Below the pieces are notes generated by a model, which saw only the letters and a list, made by a program, of their open reading frames with translations, did not search any database and was not told the origin of the DNA. Below, piece after piece: positions 1-12,500 of a stretch of 64,000 nucleotides of DNA (position 1 is the first letter of the stretch; every line of letters starts with the position of its first letter). The position numbers and the translations under genes were made by a program. Origin of the DNA: Phoronis australis (Eukaryota > Animalia > Phoronida); contig NMRA01000138.1 in NCBI GenBank assembly GCA_002633005.1, forward strand, positions 1 to 64,000, written 5' to 3'.

Positions 1-173
1 GTTTATTTGTTGAGATACTCAAGCTGCTAAAAGTCTTGGTTTATTGGAAAATTTACTTTTTTGTGTGCCTGCCACAGAAAGGTTTACTGTTCACTGTTTA
101 CTCATTTGAAAATTCAGACATTCCAACTTGTGTTATGCATAGACTTTATACCGTACTCCTGTGTTTCTTTTAG

Positions 174-1301
174 CATATATTCTCACCAAACCCAAGTTTG
201 TGTCAGTAATGCCTGTCACGTCTTCATCACGACCAGTTGCCAGCAGCAGCCGGGAAATCAACTGTAGATTTTACCCAAATTGTACAAATATGAACTGCCC
301 ATACAAACATCCTATGGTACGTATACAATTTTATGTTAGTATTTTACGCAGCATTTTGCAAAGGGTGCATGAGAAGTTACACTCAAGTGCTTGGGTTGCA
401 TTAAAAGCTGATTGTGTTCCAGTACTTTCTGGTCTCAGTCATCCAAAATCCATGGGGGGTAATGAATATAGAATATGACTTGTTTTCAGTCATTATCCCC
501 CGTATTCTAGAGCCCATGTGGATTTTGGAGAATTATCGCCTAAGGGGCATCAGAACATGTAATAATCTATTTATACCACATACTGAACGAGAAACATTGC
601 AATGAATTGATCTACCTTTCTTAACTCGCCTCGGCTTAGTAACTACTTTCTATGTTAGAGGCCCGGGGTCGGAGTTCGCAACCTTTTAGAAAAGCCGAGC
701 CATTTTTGTCAAATAATGCTTTTACTCAAAACCAATTGAAAATTTAAACAAAATGGAAAGAAAGTGAATCTATAAATTAAGGTTTAGCAACTATTATAGC
801 TTACTACACATTTTATCACGCTAAGCTTCGACCTGGAAAATGTCGTCTGCTAAAGTAGGTTACCACTGGTAACTGAGTATAATAATGCTCAAGTCGAAGA
901 ATCCCGACGACACGATACCTGCATTCAAATTGGAGATCGGTGATTTACAAGTGAGAGAAAATGAGAGATAAATTTCATTGAATTAAAATATCGTTTTTAT
1001 GGAAATTATGCGTTTTATTTTTCATAGCGTATAAACATTCGATTGTTTCACACCAGACTTTCATTAGCATTTTATAGTGTCTACAGTAACTGAATGAAAC
1101 AGTAAGTGGTCTGGAGGGAAGTTTTCATAATGTAGCGTCTGCAATGACAAATCCGTTTCCGTTAACAATAACTTGTATTCGTTGCAGCCTTGCAAGTTTG
1201 GTTTTAAGTGCAAGAATGTTGGTAGCTGTACATTCTACCATCCACCACTGCCTAAAGCCAGTCAGTTAAAGTGGAGAAAGGACAGTGTTACTGCTCTCTA
1301 G
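174..1301 (+). CDS. ZC3H14: Zinc finger CCCH domain-containing protein 14 (Nab2 homolog), last two coding exons: 174-316 and 1188-1301 (TAG stop); 5' part lies outside the window
   Basis: Spliced translation ...REINCRFYPNCTNMNCPYKHPM|PCKFGFKCKNVGSCTFYHPPLPKASQLKWRKDSVTAL*. The tandem CCCH fingers followed by 'LKW' match the ZC3H14 C-terminus. AG/GT sites at 172-173, 317-318 and 1186-1187. Confidence 0.88.
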
Positions 1302-1844
1302 TCTTCAGTCTCACACCTTGTCTCTCATCACACACCTACGTGTCAGTTATTCTTCATATTCTACACCTTTCATAAGAAGCATAGCTTTAGCTTAGCCAAC
1401 AATTATGACAATGGGTCTGGTCCATTGTTTGTTATTATGATAGCTATGTCTGGAAGTCTTTTGTGGGTGCATCACTGCATGATTAACTTCATTTTACCAG
1501 AGTGAGGCGCCAATACATTTATGAGTGGAATCCAAAAAGGCATTCACCTTGGCTTGTCAAAGTTTTAAGTCAGCATTGCAACTCATTATAAACTTTATTG
1601 ACACAAGTCTCCCATTTTTCACACAATATGGTGAGACTTTTTATTGTTAATTTCTCCATAAATGAATGTTAAGATTTTAGGATATTGTTAGCTAAGCTTG
1701 TACTGTGTACATTTAGCCGTGTCCAATTTTTGTAACTTTCCTTTCAAAGTAGCAATTTTTTATGTGAAGAATTACTATGAATACCACAGAATTGTGGTAT
1801 TTCAGAATGTGTTTACTGATAACTTTAAGTAACTTTTGATTGTA

Positions 1845-2027
1845 CATGGTGACCAAAGAAGCTATAAAGCTTTAAATAAATGCCTCATAAATCCTTTTTG
1901 TATTTAGTACTCCAAGATCTTTCCACAAATTGGAGCATGTCACTCCGTTTTCATAAATGAAATGTTTTCCAAGACTTACAAGTCCAAAATTTTATATAAA
2001 ATGTGTTGGATGTTTTTGGTCACCCTG
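1845..2027. mobile_element. Tc1/mariner-type MITE
   Basis: Terminal inverted repeats CATGGTGACCAAA / TTTGGTCACCCTG, flanked by TA on both sides (1843-1844, 2028-2029). Confidence 0.6.
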
Positions 2028-2351
2028 TACAGCGCAGTCACCCAGTAGATTTCCATGTGTGGGAACAATACACGGTCAGTTAATTGGATATTGAATCATT
2101 GCATTACCCATTTTGCTATGACTGGTTGTATCCTGTCCTGTTTTATAAGTTTTCTTTTCTATTTTTTGTTCTGCCAATTGCAGAATGTGGTCTTTACCAG
2201 AATATCAGTATGTCTTTGTGAACATCTTAAATTTCAGTTTGTTTCTTTAATGATTATCAATCTTGTCAGTATTTTTATTGCAACTTGAGCTATAGATCTT
2301 AAGTGTTTGAGAACACTGTATGTAATATTTCCATTTTCTTAGTTGGTTCTG

Positions 2352-2678
2352 GGGGCCCATTCGAAGGAAACTGACTTTGCTAAGGCAAATTTAAATTTCA
2401 CTCAATTTTATGATAAAACATATTTTTTTCTCAAGAATGTTTCAAGAAGGAGATCTTAAGTTTAACTTAAAGTTTTTGACTAAGTTTTATCATCATTTTG
2501 ACTGCCGTACCAGATGTGGTAGTTTCAAAGTTGGAAGTTGAGACAAATCTCAAAACTTAAGTCTTATGAGCTTAGGTCAGTTGATTGGAATGGGCCTTTA
2601 AGTCTTGAGAGCTTAGGTCAGTTGATTGGAATGGGCCTTAAAGTCTTATGAACTTAGGTCAGTTGATTGGAATGGGCC
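2352..2678. mobile_element. MITE-like element with its right end triplicated (40-bp unit x3, ~2558-2678)
   Basis: GGCCCATTC at the left end and GAATGGGCC at the right end; three tandem copies of TAAGTCTTATGAGCTTAGGTCAGTTGATTGGAATGGGCCT. Confidence 0.55.
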
Positions 2679-3820
2679 TCTGGTTTGTTTTTTATTTGAA
2701 GATTTAGTCAGTGGTGCGGTATTTTTAGGTCCTCTCTCTTTTTCAAAAAAAGATAGAAAATTCACTGAAGATGAGCAGAAATGATGCACGATTTTTTTAA
2801 CTCATGGCGTAAACCTTGCCTACATGCATTTGTACATCTGGTGACAGTCACCCTCATCGCTACCTTGCACGTTCAACATTTATATGATTATAGCGTGATC
2901 CCATTTTTAACACAAATTACTTGAAACATTAAATGAATGCTAGTCTTAATGAAATGAGCAAAAACCTGTTTGTTAACACTTCAACATGTTGTGCAATGGC
3001 AAATAAACTGCCAGTAACCTTTTGGTTGGATTAGCATTGCACACTGTGAAACCCAATAACCTGTATATTGAGTGTTGTGTAAGTCGTGTGAGGGAAACAA
3101 TAGCAACACTGTCTAGAGACGGACAAGAAAACCTTGTTGATCATCCATTGTTATTTTTTATACTCATAAGTTCTGTGGTAAGAATAAAACTGATTCACCC
3201 ACGGTTATGTCTCCTTTAAGTATCGCTCACGCCACCTTGAGGTCTGTGATGAAATTGATGACATATCTGAGTGAAGACTTATGCTTAAGTATACGCATGT
3301 AATCTGTATTGATGGAAAGGTGGTGCCTTACGAAGACTTCCGAGTTAAACAATGTAGTGTGTACTTAAATCTGGTTAATTATGGAATCATGACTGCCAAA
3401 TGTATCTTCAGTTGCAATACATGTGAAGTCCTGGTGAACATCTTCCCAACTCTGCTAGGTCATCAGAATTTACTTAAACTGTATCAGCTTTCAAGAACCA
3501 TTCTTTTTTCTTCAATTAAAGTCCATGTTCAAACATGGTTACTGACAGGATGACATTAGGCCAGCTACACCTGAAAATAAAAGATCACACACAGTTCGTA
3601 ATAACAGCACACAGTTTACAAACACACCAACAGCTTTGCTACAGGTTGAGAATAATCGCTGAAGGGAGAGAAGATGTGGAGCGACTACCTGGTGTATAAT
3701 AAAAATTTCATATCTCATGCACGTGTTACAGTCATGGCACTAGAGGAAAGAAACTTGACTTTAATTTACATCTAACATGACTGGTTGCTTCAAGATTGCT
3801 TGTGACAAACATTATAATGT

Positions 3821-5437
3821 AACAAGAGCAAAGCCAAGAATTGACATGCCTCGCAAACGGTATGCTTCTAGGAGTGTGTGTTAGTAGTATCATAAAAATA
3901 ACCATATGGTGGCACAGAATATGCTACACCCGTACGAAAATGGCAATGGTTTGCCATCTCCCTAATAGAATCCTATTTGCCAAATTTCATGAAAATCCGT
4001 CAAAGAATTCCCAGAGATACACTAGAGGGCTCAACAGCAGTCAGATCTGTCAGAAATTTATGGTTATACTCTGTCACATTAAAAAAAAAAACTTGCCAAA
4101 CTTCACACAGGCCCCTGCAACGGGTTAAGAAGATACAACAAAATGGCCACATGGGGTGCCACAGTAGTCGTACTCGTTCAAAATGAATGTCATCTCTTGT
4201 CTCAGCAGGAAACTGCCAATTTTTATTATACTTTGAGCCATTTTGCAGATAGGCAAAAGCAACAAAGGAACTGTAAATAATTGCAAGTAGGTGGAACAGA
4301 ATACACCGGCAACTTGGTCTCAACAGAAACCTTATTGTCAAATTTCATGAAAATATGTCAAGAAACCCATTGTGAAGATACAGACTGAAGTTAACGTAAC
4401 AATCTAAAATTGCTACTAGGATTCACAGCAGCATCTTCAGCCTACCACCCGTAATTTTTTATAAGTTAAAAATGCAACCACCCGTAATTTTTTTTGTTCT
4501 TGTGGTCGACTGCACAGGCGCTTGAGTTTATCTGTTCCTCCATCACCACTAACGTCATTAATTACTAAGAAAACATATGTTTCTTATATATCATGGTTAT
4601 TAGCCATCGAGAAATTCGAGTACCTGTGGTTAACTGGTGTTACGGGCATGCCGATGAGGAGATCGGAGGGAGTGAAAAAGTCGGAGCTTTTTGCAAGTTG
4701 CATTTTGTTTCAGTTTTTGATTCTGTGCGGATTGTTTATAAAATTTACTAAAATTACCCACCATCAAACATTTATGGCCTAATGAAACAACAACAACCTG
4801 TAAATTTTTATTTTTTTGAAGTACGACCACCAGCCATTTTGAATTTAAATCAAACGCAACCACCCTTAAATTTTTATTTCAGTTGCCTTCCCCCCTCCCA
4901 CACAGATTTTGCTGGAACAGCCCTTACCCATTGCCACATTCATACAGAAAAACTTGACAAATTTCAAAGATCCTGAAAGGGTTAGACATCTACAGATGCA
5001 AAAACACAAAACTGTCACTAGGGGACTCCACAGCAATTTTACCAATTCAAAAATCAACGCCAGTAATGGTCTTCTTGGCAATAACACAATCAGTTGCAAT
5101 TTTTCTGAATTTTCTTCAATCAGACTGGCAGATAGAGAATTATAAAAATGGCCACAGAATCCGTCTTAAAATGGAAAGGTGTCGTCTTTTGTTTAACAGA
5201 AACCTACTTGCCAACTTCATGAAAATTCGTCAAGGAACTCTGAAGAAACAGAGGCAAATGTAAAATACTAAACTGCCAACAGGAAGCACAGCAGTAGTCG
5301 GATAGGTCTTAAAGTTGTCAGCTCCATAGGGACACATGCCACTTTTCATGAAGAACCTCCAAAGGGGTTTTGGAGATACAGCAACGTACATCCAGACGGA
5401 GACAATGGCAACATATGCATATTTGGATGTGTTAAAA
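3821..5437 (-). mobile_element. Degenerate HINE (Helentron-associated) copy in reverse orientation, interrupted by unrelated sequence at ~4430-4926
   Basis: AACAAGAGC...GCAAACGGTATGCTTCTAGG at 3821 is the reverse complement of the family 3' end. Internal units and a decayed 5' end (~5395-5437) match the family. Confidence 0.65.
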
Positions 5438-5789
5438 TGAAAGCACCCCGAGCAGACACACTTTAATAGGGAAATCAACTCAAGAAGTGAGTATGACAAT
5501 GATGAACCAAGTTGTAGTGAAAAACAAATGGCACAGCGTTTGTATTTCTTGATGACATCTATCCAAATGTCAATGTTCAGAAACAATGATTAAAGGACGA
5601 CACGAGTTCTGGGACCGAAAAGCTAAAAAAAAACACTTTGTAACTGAAAACAGACCTCAAGTTATCGAGGACGTATGTATTGTGCATAAATTTTATTTCA
5701 ATAAAGTACGAAATGCAGTTGGAATCATGTGAACAAACTCACTTTACAACAGAGTAAGATTCTTTGCAAAATTTCATTTTGCCAACTAA

Positions 5790-6357
5790 GAGAAACAGCT
5801 ATTCATACGTACTCTGAAACAGCTACTCAGACATACTCTGAAACAGCTATTCACACATACTCTCAAACAGCTATTCACACATACTCTCAAACAGCTATTC
5901 AGACATACTCTCAAACAGCTATTCATACATACTCTCAAACAGCTAAATATAAATCGGTAAATAAAACAACAAGAATGGATCAACTGAAATTTGAAATTTT
6001 TGGATGTAATAACTTCCTTTGTCAACAAAAACAGAAAGAAGATTTTTTCTGTTTTTGTTGACAAAGGAAGTCATTACATCCGAAAATTTCAAATTTCAGT
6101 CGATCCATTCTTGTTGTTTTATTTACCGATTTATATTCTTCATTTCATGAAACAATAGTATCCTTGGGAGGATCTGGATCACCTTATTTAGTTTCAGATA
6201 TATTTTCTACGTTACTCAAACAGCTATTCACACATACTCTCAAACAGCTATTCATACATACTCTCAAACAGCTATTCATACATACTCTCAAACACCTATT
6301 CACACATACTCTCAAACAGCTATTCACACATACTCTCAAACAGCTATTCACACATAC
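5790..6357. repeat. 24-bp minisatellite (CTCAAACAGCTATTCACACATACT) in two blocks, 5790-5945 and 6214-6357, split by a foldback insertion
   Basis: About six tandem copies per block are directly visible. Confidence 0.9.
5946..6137. mobile_element. Near-perfect ~190-bp palindrome (foldback / MITE-like element)
   Basis: ~92-bp arms (AATATAAATCGG...AACAGAAA / TTTCTGTT...CCGATTTATATT) with about 3 mismatches and a short loop. Confidence 0.75.
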
Positions 6358-6503
6358 TAAAACAGGAACATGCAAAATGGAAAATGTGTTGTATGTAAAA
6401 GTTTTGATGCTCTTAGTGAGAATGCCCGCATGGTTAATGGGGAAGAAGACTGTCTCCCCTGACCCTGTTCAGTTATTTTTCAACTGTCGTTAATTTTTGT
6501 TAG

Positions 6504-9500
6504 GGGGATGGGCAGTCAACAGAGACACAGCTTCCGAACGGGTTGGCAACAGCACATGCTTACAGTATCACAGATCTGAGAGAGGTTAGTTGCTGTGACT
6601 TGGAGAAAGTGGTTAATTCTCTGCACTTAAGTCAGATGCTGATTACAGGTATATGTAACTATGTGTTAGCGCTTTATTTACAACTGTAGAAAGGTTGAGG
6701 CCTGCTGTGAAAGATGTGTCTGTTTCGTGAAATGACTGAAATCAAAAATTTGTTGTTAGATTCCCACTTCAAAATTACTGAATAAAGATTTACCCATGTA
6801 ATTTTTAACATATCAAAATTTTGATGCTTTCAATAACAGTTATGGGTATATTCTCATAGATCTGCTACTTTTGTTATAGTGACATTTAATTATTAATAGT
6901 TATATGGAACGTAAGACTATATATGTGGCTTCAGTCTCCAGTCACTTTTTATAAAACAGACCCAAGCAGATAAAACAGCTTTTGATTTAGACCACTTAAG
7001 TTTCGGAAAAGTTTTAAAACTGGTCTCAACTTCTTTCTTACTCAAATTAAGGTAGTTTCTAGGCTATGCTCAACACTATAATGATCTGACAAAGTCACTT
7101 GTAATCAGAGTAAGGAACACTTTGAAACCAGTTCTGTAATGCTGAGTGGCCTAAATTAAAAGGTATTTATTTTGACAGCAGAGGGATTATTACAGCTTTA
7201 GTGTTACTAGGATTCTCGACAAGTAAAAATGAATAAACAAGATGTATTTAATAGTAAATAATGTTATGTTAATTATTCTTTTTCTGACGAAGCCTTTCAT
7301 CACTGAAATTCTGATTATTAATTTTGATGACTGAAGGACTATGCTATTATATATTATTTGCTAAATCATAAATGTAGTTATACTGAAGTGTGTGCCCCTT
7401 TGTTTACTATACTTATTTTATTTTTATTCAATTAATTTTTAATTTTAGTCAATAACAATCAATACCTGACATTTGGTCAGTTTTTCAAACACTGTCTTTG
7501 TACCAGTAAAGGTTAAGTGTTTCTTCCTGCTGAATTGAACAAACATCTTAGGTAGAAAGCAATGCAGTTTGTTTTGATGGCTTATTTTCAGATTCGCCTA
7601 ATATCTGATAGGGGTGAGATACCCATAACATTAATCAGGATACGTAACCCTTGGGGGTCAAGGGTGGAGTGGAATGGGCCGTGGAGTGATAGGTCCCTTG
7701 AGTGGAATAGTATACCTTCTCAAGACAGACAGGCCATGGGTCTCATATATAGGGATGATGGCGAGTTCTGGTTAGTTGAATAACTGTTATAGTAACACAA
7801 TCTGTACTATACTTACACAATAACAGTGCTATCACAAGGCTTTTTGAGCATGGTGGGCCACCATACTCAAGTGTGAACCTTAGGCGCTCCAATTTGGCCA
7901 CCACGCTCAAAGTGTGAGTCACCTTGCTCTGTTTTTGATTGATTGTCATGTCAGTCTTGACCATACTGTGCTTGTAAGTGGTCTCGACTTGTAAAATGTT
8001 AAGCCACTACTGTCACATTTGTCAGTCTGAATTTTACCATTTTATGCGCCCACATATTTATATGTGAGTGCATATTGCCGTCATCTCTGTCTGGGCGTCC
8101 GGTGTCCGCGGCTGTATCTTCTAAACCCCTTGCACGATCTTACTGAAATTTGGCAGGTGCGTTCCCATGGGATTGACGACAGAGGGTGACGAGTTTCAGA
8201 CCGACCCGAATACCGCTGTGCCCCTTGGATTTTCATGAAATTTGGCACATAGGCATCTATTAATAAGGTGACGCTATCCTTTTGTTTTCAGATGGATTTG
8301 AGGTATTTTGCGCCACCTAGTGGCCATTTTTATGCGCCCACATATTTATATGTGGACGCATTATGCCGTCATCTCTGTCCGTCCGTCCGTCCGGGCGGCG
8401 TCCGTCCGGCGTCCGTCCGGCGTCTGGCGTCCGGCGTCCGCTGCTCTATCTCCAAAACCCTTTGACATACGTTCATGAAATTTGGCACATATGTTCCATT
8501 CATGAATGGGACGGCATGTGCGAACTTTCGGACGGATCCGACTACCGGTGTGCCCCCTAGTGGCAATTTTAGTTTTTTACGCTTACCTTTGTATCTTCAA
8601 AAGTCCTGAACGGATTTTCATGAAATTTGGTATGTAGGCACCTAGTAGTGAGATGACGCTATCCTGCCGTTTTCGGATGGATTCGACATAGTTTGCGCCA
8701 CCTAGTGGCCATTTTTACTGTTTTCGAGTCTGTTTTTGTGCTTCCACCCCTCTATCAACCAAACCGCTCAAAGGATGATTGTGAAAATTGGCATGTATGT
8801 GCTTACTATGTAGAGGACGGTTGACGATGATTTTCCGACGATTTCGACTACTGTGGCGCCTCCTAGTGGCAGTTTTTTTTTTTTTGCGCCTATGGCTGTA
8901 TCTCCTAAACCGTTCGCAGGATCTTTACGAAATTGTGTAAGTATATTTATATGATGTTAACAACGGAAGATGACGACTTTTGGACGGATCCGACTACCGG
9001 TGTGCCCCCTAGTGGCAATTTTAATTTTTTTACGCTTACCTTTGTATCTTCACAAGTCCTTATTGGATTTTCATGAAATTTGGTATGTAGGCACCTATTA
9101 GTGAGATGACGCTATCCTCCCGTTTTCAGATGGATTCGACATAGTTTGCGCCACCTAGTGGCCATTTTTAGTGTTTTCGAGTCTGTTTTTGTGCGTCCAC
9201 CCCTCTATCAACCAAACCGCTCAAAGGATGATTGTGAAAATTGGCATGTATATGCTTACTATGTAGAGGATGGTTGACGATGATTTTCCGACGATTTCGA
9301 CTACTGTGGCGCCTCCTAGTGGCAGTTTTGTTTTTTTGCGCCTATGGCTGTATCTCCTAAACCGTTCGCAGGATCTTTACAAATTGTGTAAGTATATTTA
9401 TATGATGTTAACAACGGAAGATGACGACTTTTGGTCGGATCCGACTACCGGTGTGCCCCCTAGTGGCAATTTTAGTTTTTTACGCTTACCTTTGTATCTT

Positions 9501-12500
9501 CAAAAGTATTGAACGGATTTTCATGAAATTTGGTATGTAGGCACCTATTAGTGAGATGACGCTATCCTACTGTTTTCAGATGGATTCGACGTAGTTTGCG
9601 CCACCTAGTGGCCATTTTTACTGTTTTCGAGTCTGTATTTTTGCGTCCACCCCTCTATCAACCAAACCGCTCAAAGGATGATTGTGAAAATTGGCGTGTA
9701 TGTGCTTACTATAAGGAAGACAGCTGACAATGATTTTCAGACGATTTGGACTACTGTGGCGCCTCCTAGTGGCAGTTTTGTTTTTTTGCGCCCATGGCTG
9801 TATCTCCCAAACCGTTTGCAGGATCTTTACTAAATTTAGCAAGTGTATTTATGTGATGTTGACAACGGACGATGACGACTTTAGGATGATTCTGATTACC
9901 GGTATGCCTCTAGTGGCAATTTTAGTATTTGCCTCTAGTGGCAATTTTAGTATTTTACATTGACCTCTGTATTTTCATAGGTCTTCAGGTGTATACTTTG
10001 TGTTACTTCGTGACTGTGAAGGAAAAGTTCCAAGTAGAAATTTGTTTCTGGCATTCTAATGCTGTGCTAATCTCGTATGTTGGTAAATTTGTTTTTAATT
10101 CTATGTTTCTGTGGTGCTTTAAGCAACTGGTGTATAGGATGTGCTTGTATTATGAAGATCACTCACATTTTGCCCCTAGCCTATTGAGGAGACAATGACC
10201 ATGCCTTTCCATTTTCCAAAGTATGCCCTCTACTGGCCACTTTATGGTACCAATAAACAACCCTAGAAGGATACCGTGTGCGGTGCAATTGTGGGCGCAT
10301 TTCAACGCTCCGCGTTGCTCTTGTTACTGTTTTTGAGTATGTTTTTTGGCGTCCATCACTCCATCAACCAAACCGCTCAAAGGATGATTGCGAAAATTGT
10401 CATGTATGTTCTTACTATCAAGTGGATGGCTGACGATGGTTTTCCGACGACTTCAACTACTGTGGCGCCTCTTAGGGGCAATTTTGTTTTTTTGAGCCTA
10501 TGGCTGTATCTCCTAAACCGTTTGCAGGATCTTTGCTAAATTTAGTAAGTGTATTTATATGATGTTAATAACGCAGGATGACGACTTTCGGACAGATCTG
10601 ACTAGTGGTGTGCCACCTAGTGGCAATTTTATATTTTTTCATTTACCTCTCTATCTTCAAAGGTCCTCAATGTATTTTCATAAAATTTGGCATACGGGCA
10701 TCTGTTAATGAGTGACGCCATCTCTCCATTTTCAGATGGATTCGACCTAGTTTGCGCCACCTAGTGGCCATTTTTACTGTTTTCGAGTCTTGTTTTTTAG
10801 CGTCCACTCGTCCGTCAACCAAACCGCTTTCAGGATAATTGTGAAAATTTGCATGTATGTTTTAACTATGATGTGGACGGCTGACAATGATTTTCCGACT
10901 CGACTACTGTGGCACCTCCTGTTGGCAGTTTTTTTGCACTCATGGATGTATTTCCTAAACCGTTTGCAGGATCTTTACTTGATTTTGCAAGTGTATTTAT
11001 ATGATGTTGACAACGAGCAACGACTTTCGGATGGATCTGACCACTCATGTGCCTCCTAGTGGCAATTTAGTTTTTTACGTTTACCTCTGTATCTTCAAAG
11101 GTCCAAAACAGATTTTCAAAAAATTTTGAGTATAGGCATCTATTGAAGAGATGATGCTTTGCTCATGTTTTTGGATGGAATGTAGGTATTTTGCGCCACC
11201 TAGTGGCCATTTTTGCTGTTTTCAAACCCTGATCAACCAAATCCTTCTAGGGATGGTTTTGAAAATTGAAATGTTCTCAGTGTGAAGAGGACGCTTAATG
11301 ATGGCGACTAACTGCTGTGATGCCTCCTAGTGGTAGCTCTGTTTTGTTTTGCATCCATAGCTGTATTTGGATGGATTGTACGTTTTTGCGCCATCTAGTG
11401 GCCATTTTTAAGATACAAATAAATAACCCTAAAAGCACACCATTTGCAATGCATTCGTGGGCTCATTTCATCGCTCTGCGTTGCTCTTGTTATTAAAATC
11501 ATTATCGAACTATGATCTTACTATTAACAAAAGATTCATAACCCAATACACACACCATGGTGTTTGTTATCTGAAGACTGCAATTGACAACATTCCACCT
11601 TTCACACCATGTCCAGTTTTAATCCCTATGAGAACATGTAGTAATACTAGTAATACTGGTCTTATTTTTATTAGTAGTTGTATTTACTCCAATGTTTTGA
11701 AGCCCTCGTTGAATTGTGGTGTAGTTGTGATGTATTCAATTAATAGTCTTTCCCTTGTCAAGGAAAGCCTGGACTCCGGAATAGTAGACTAACTGGGCAG
11801 TAATTTGTTCACATTTTCAACACTCATAGGATTTCACCACCCCAGTAATTTTACTTAATTTTGTTTCTGAAATTGCTTTGCAGTAATTTTGCAGATTTTC
11901 TATTAGCGACTGGATTTTACACGCGGTGAATGTTGGTAATTGTTTTTTCAGGATGGACTTCAAGGATTTTCTGGACAACTTTGATACTCTAGACATTTGC
12001 AATTTGACGCCTGATGCACCTATTGAAACCCCTCGCAAGTGGACTGTTATGACAGCGAATGGGTCATGGGTACCTGGTCTCACAGCTGGTGGAAGGCCTT
12101 TTCTCAGAGGTATTGAAGGCAATTTGTTCTTATTTTCTTACCCTTTCGATCTCTTAGTTGGATTTTTTTACAAATTTTAAGTTTGTCTAATTTTTGATTT
12201 ATTGTATTTTGGTCTTTTGCCTGTTACAAATCTGCAAATAAATGTTCGGGTACACTGAATTTGTTTACAAATGCGTGAAGAGAATTACCTCTGGAGTCGG
12301 CAAAAATGTGAAATTTACTTGTGTTACTGATAAACCACCTCCAATCATTGAAATTTTACTTTTTGCACGATGTTAGTTTTATGTTCTATTGGCTTTAATT
12401 TTTGTTCTGGTTTACTTATTTTCCTACATTGGCGTGAGGAGTGATTCTTTCTCTTGATTTTGTGAATCTCGAATTTTAGCATTTTAGCTTTAATTCCATA

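Noticed and set aside
3515-3570. Possible minus-strand terminal exon after TTTATTTTCAG (CSWPNVILSVTMFEHGL*)
   Set aside because: No recognisable homology and no upstream partner exon found; cannot be supported.
5729-6493. Repetitive ORFs (TAIHTYSQ, LKQLFTHT)
   Set aside because: Translations of a 24-bp minisatellite with no gene structure.
8520-9930. Regularly spaced repeats as a CRISPR array
   Set aside because: The 'spacers' are themselves repeated, the context is a eukaryotic intron, and there are no cas genes; this is a transposon tandem repeat.
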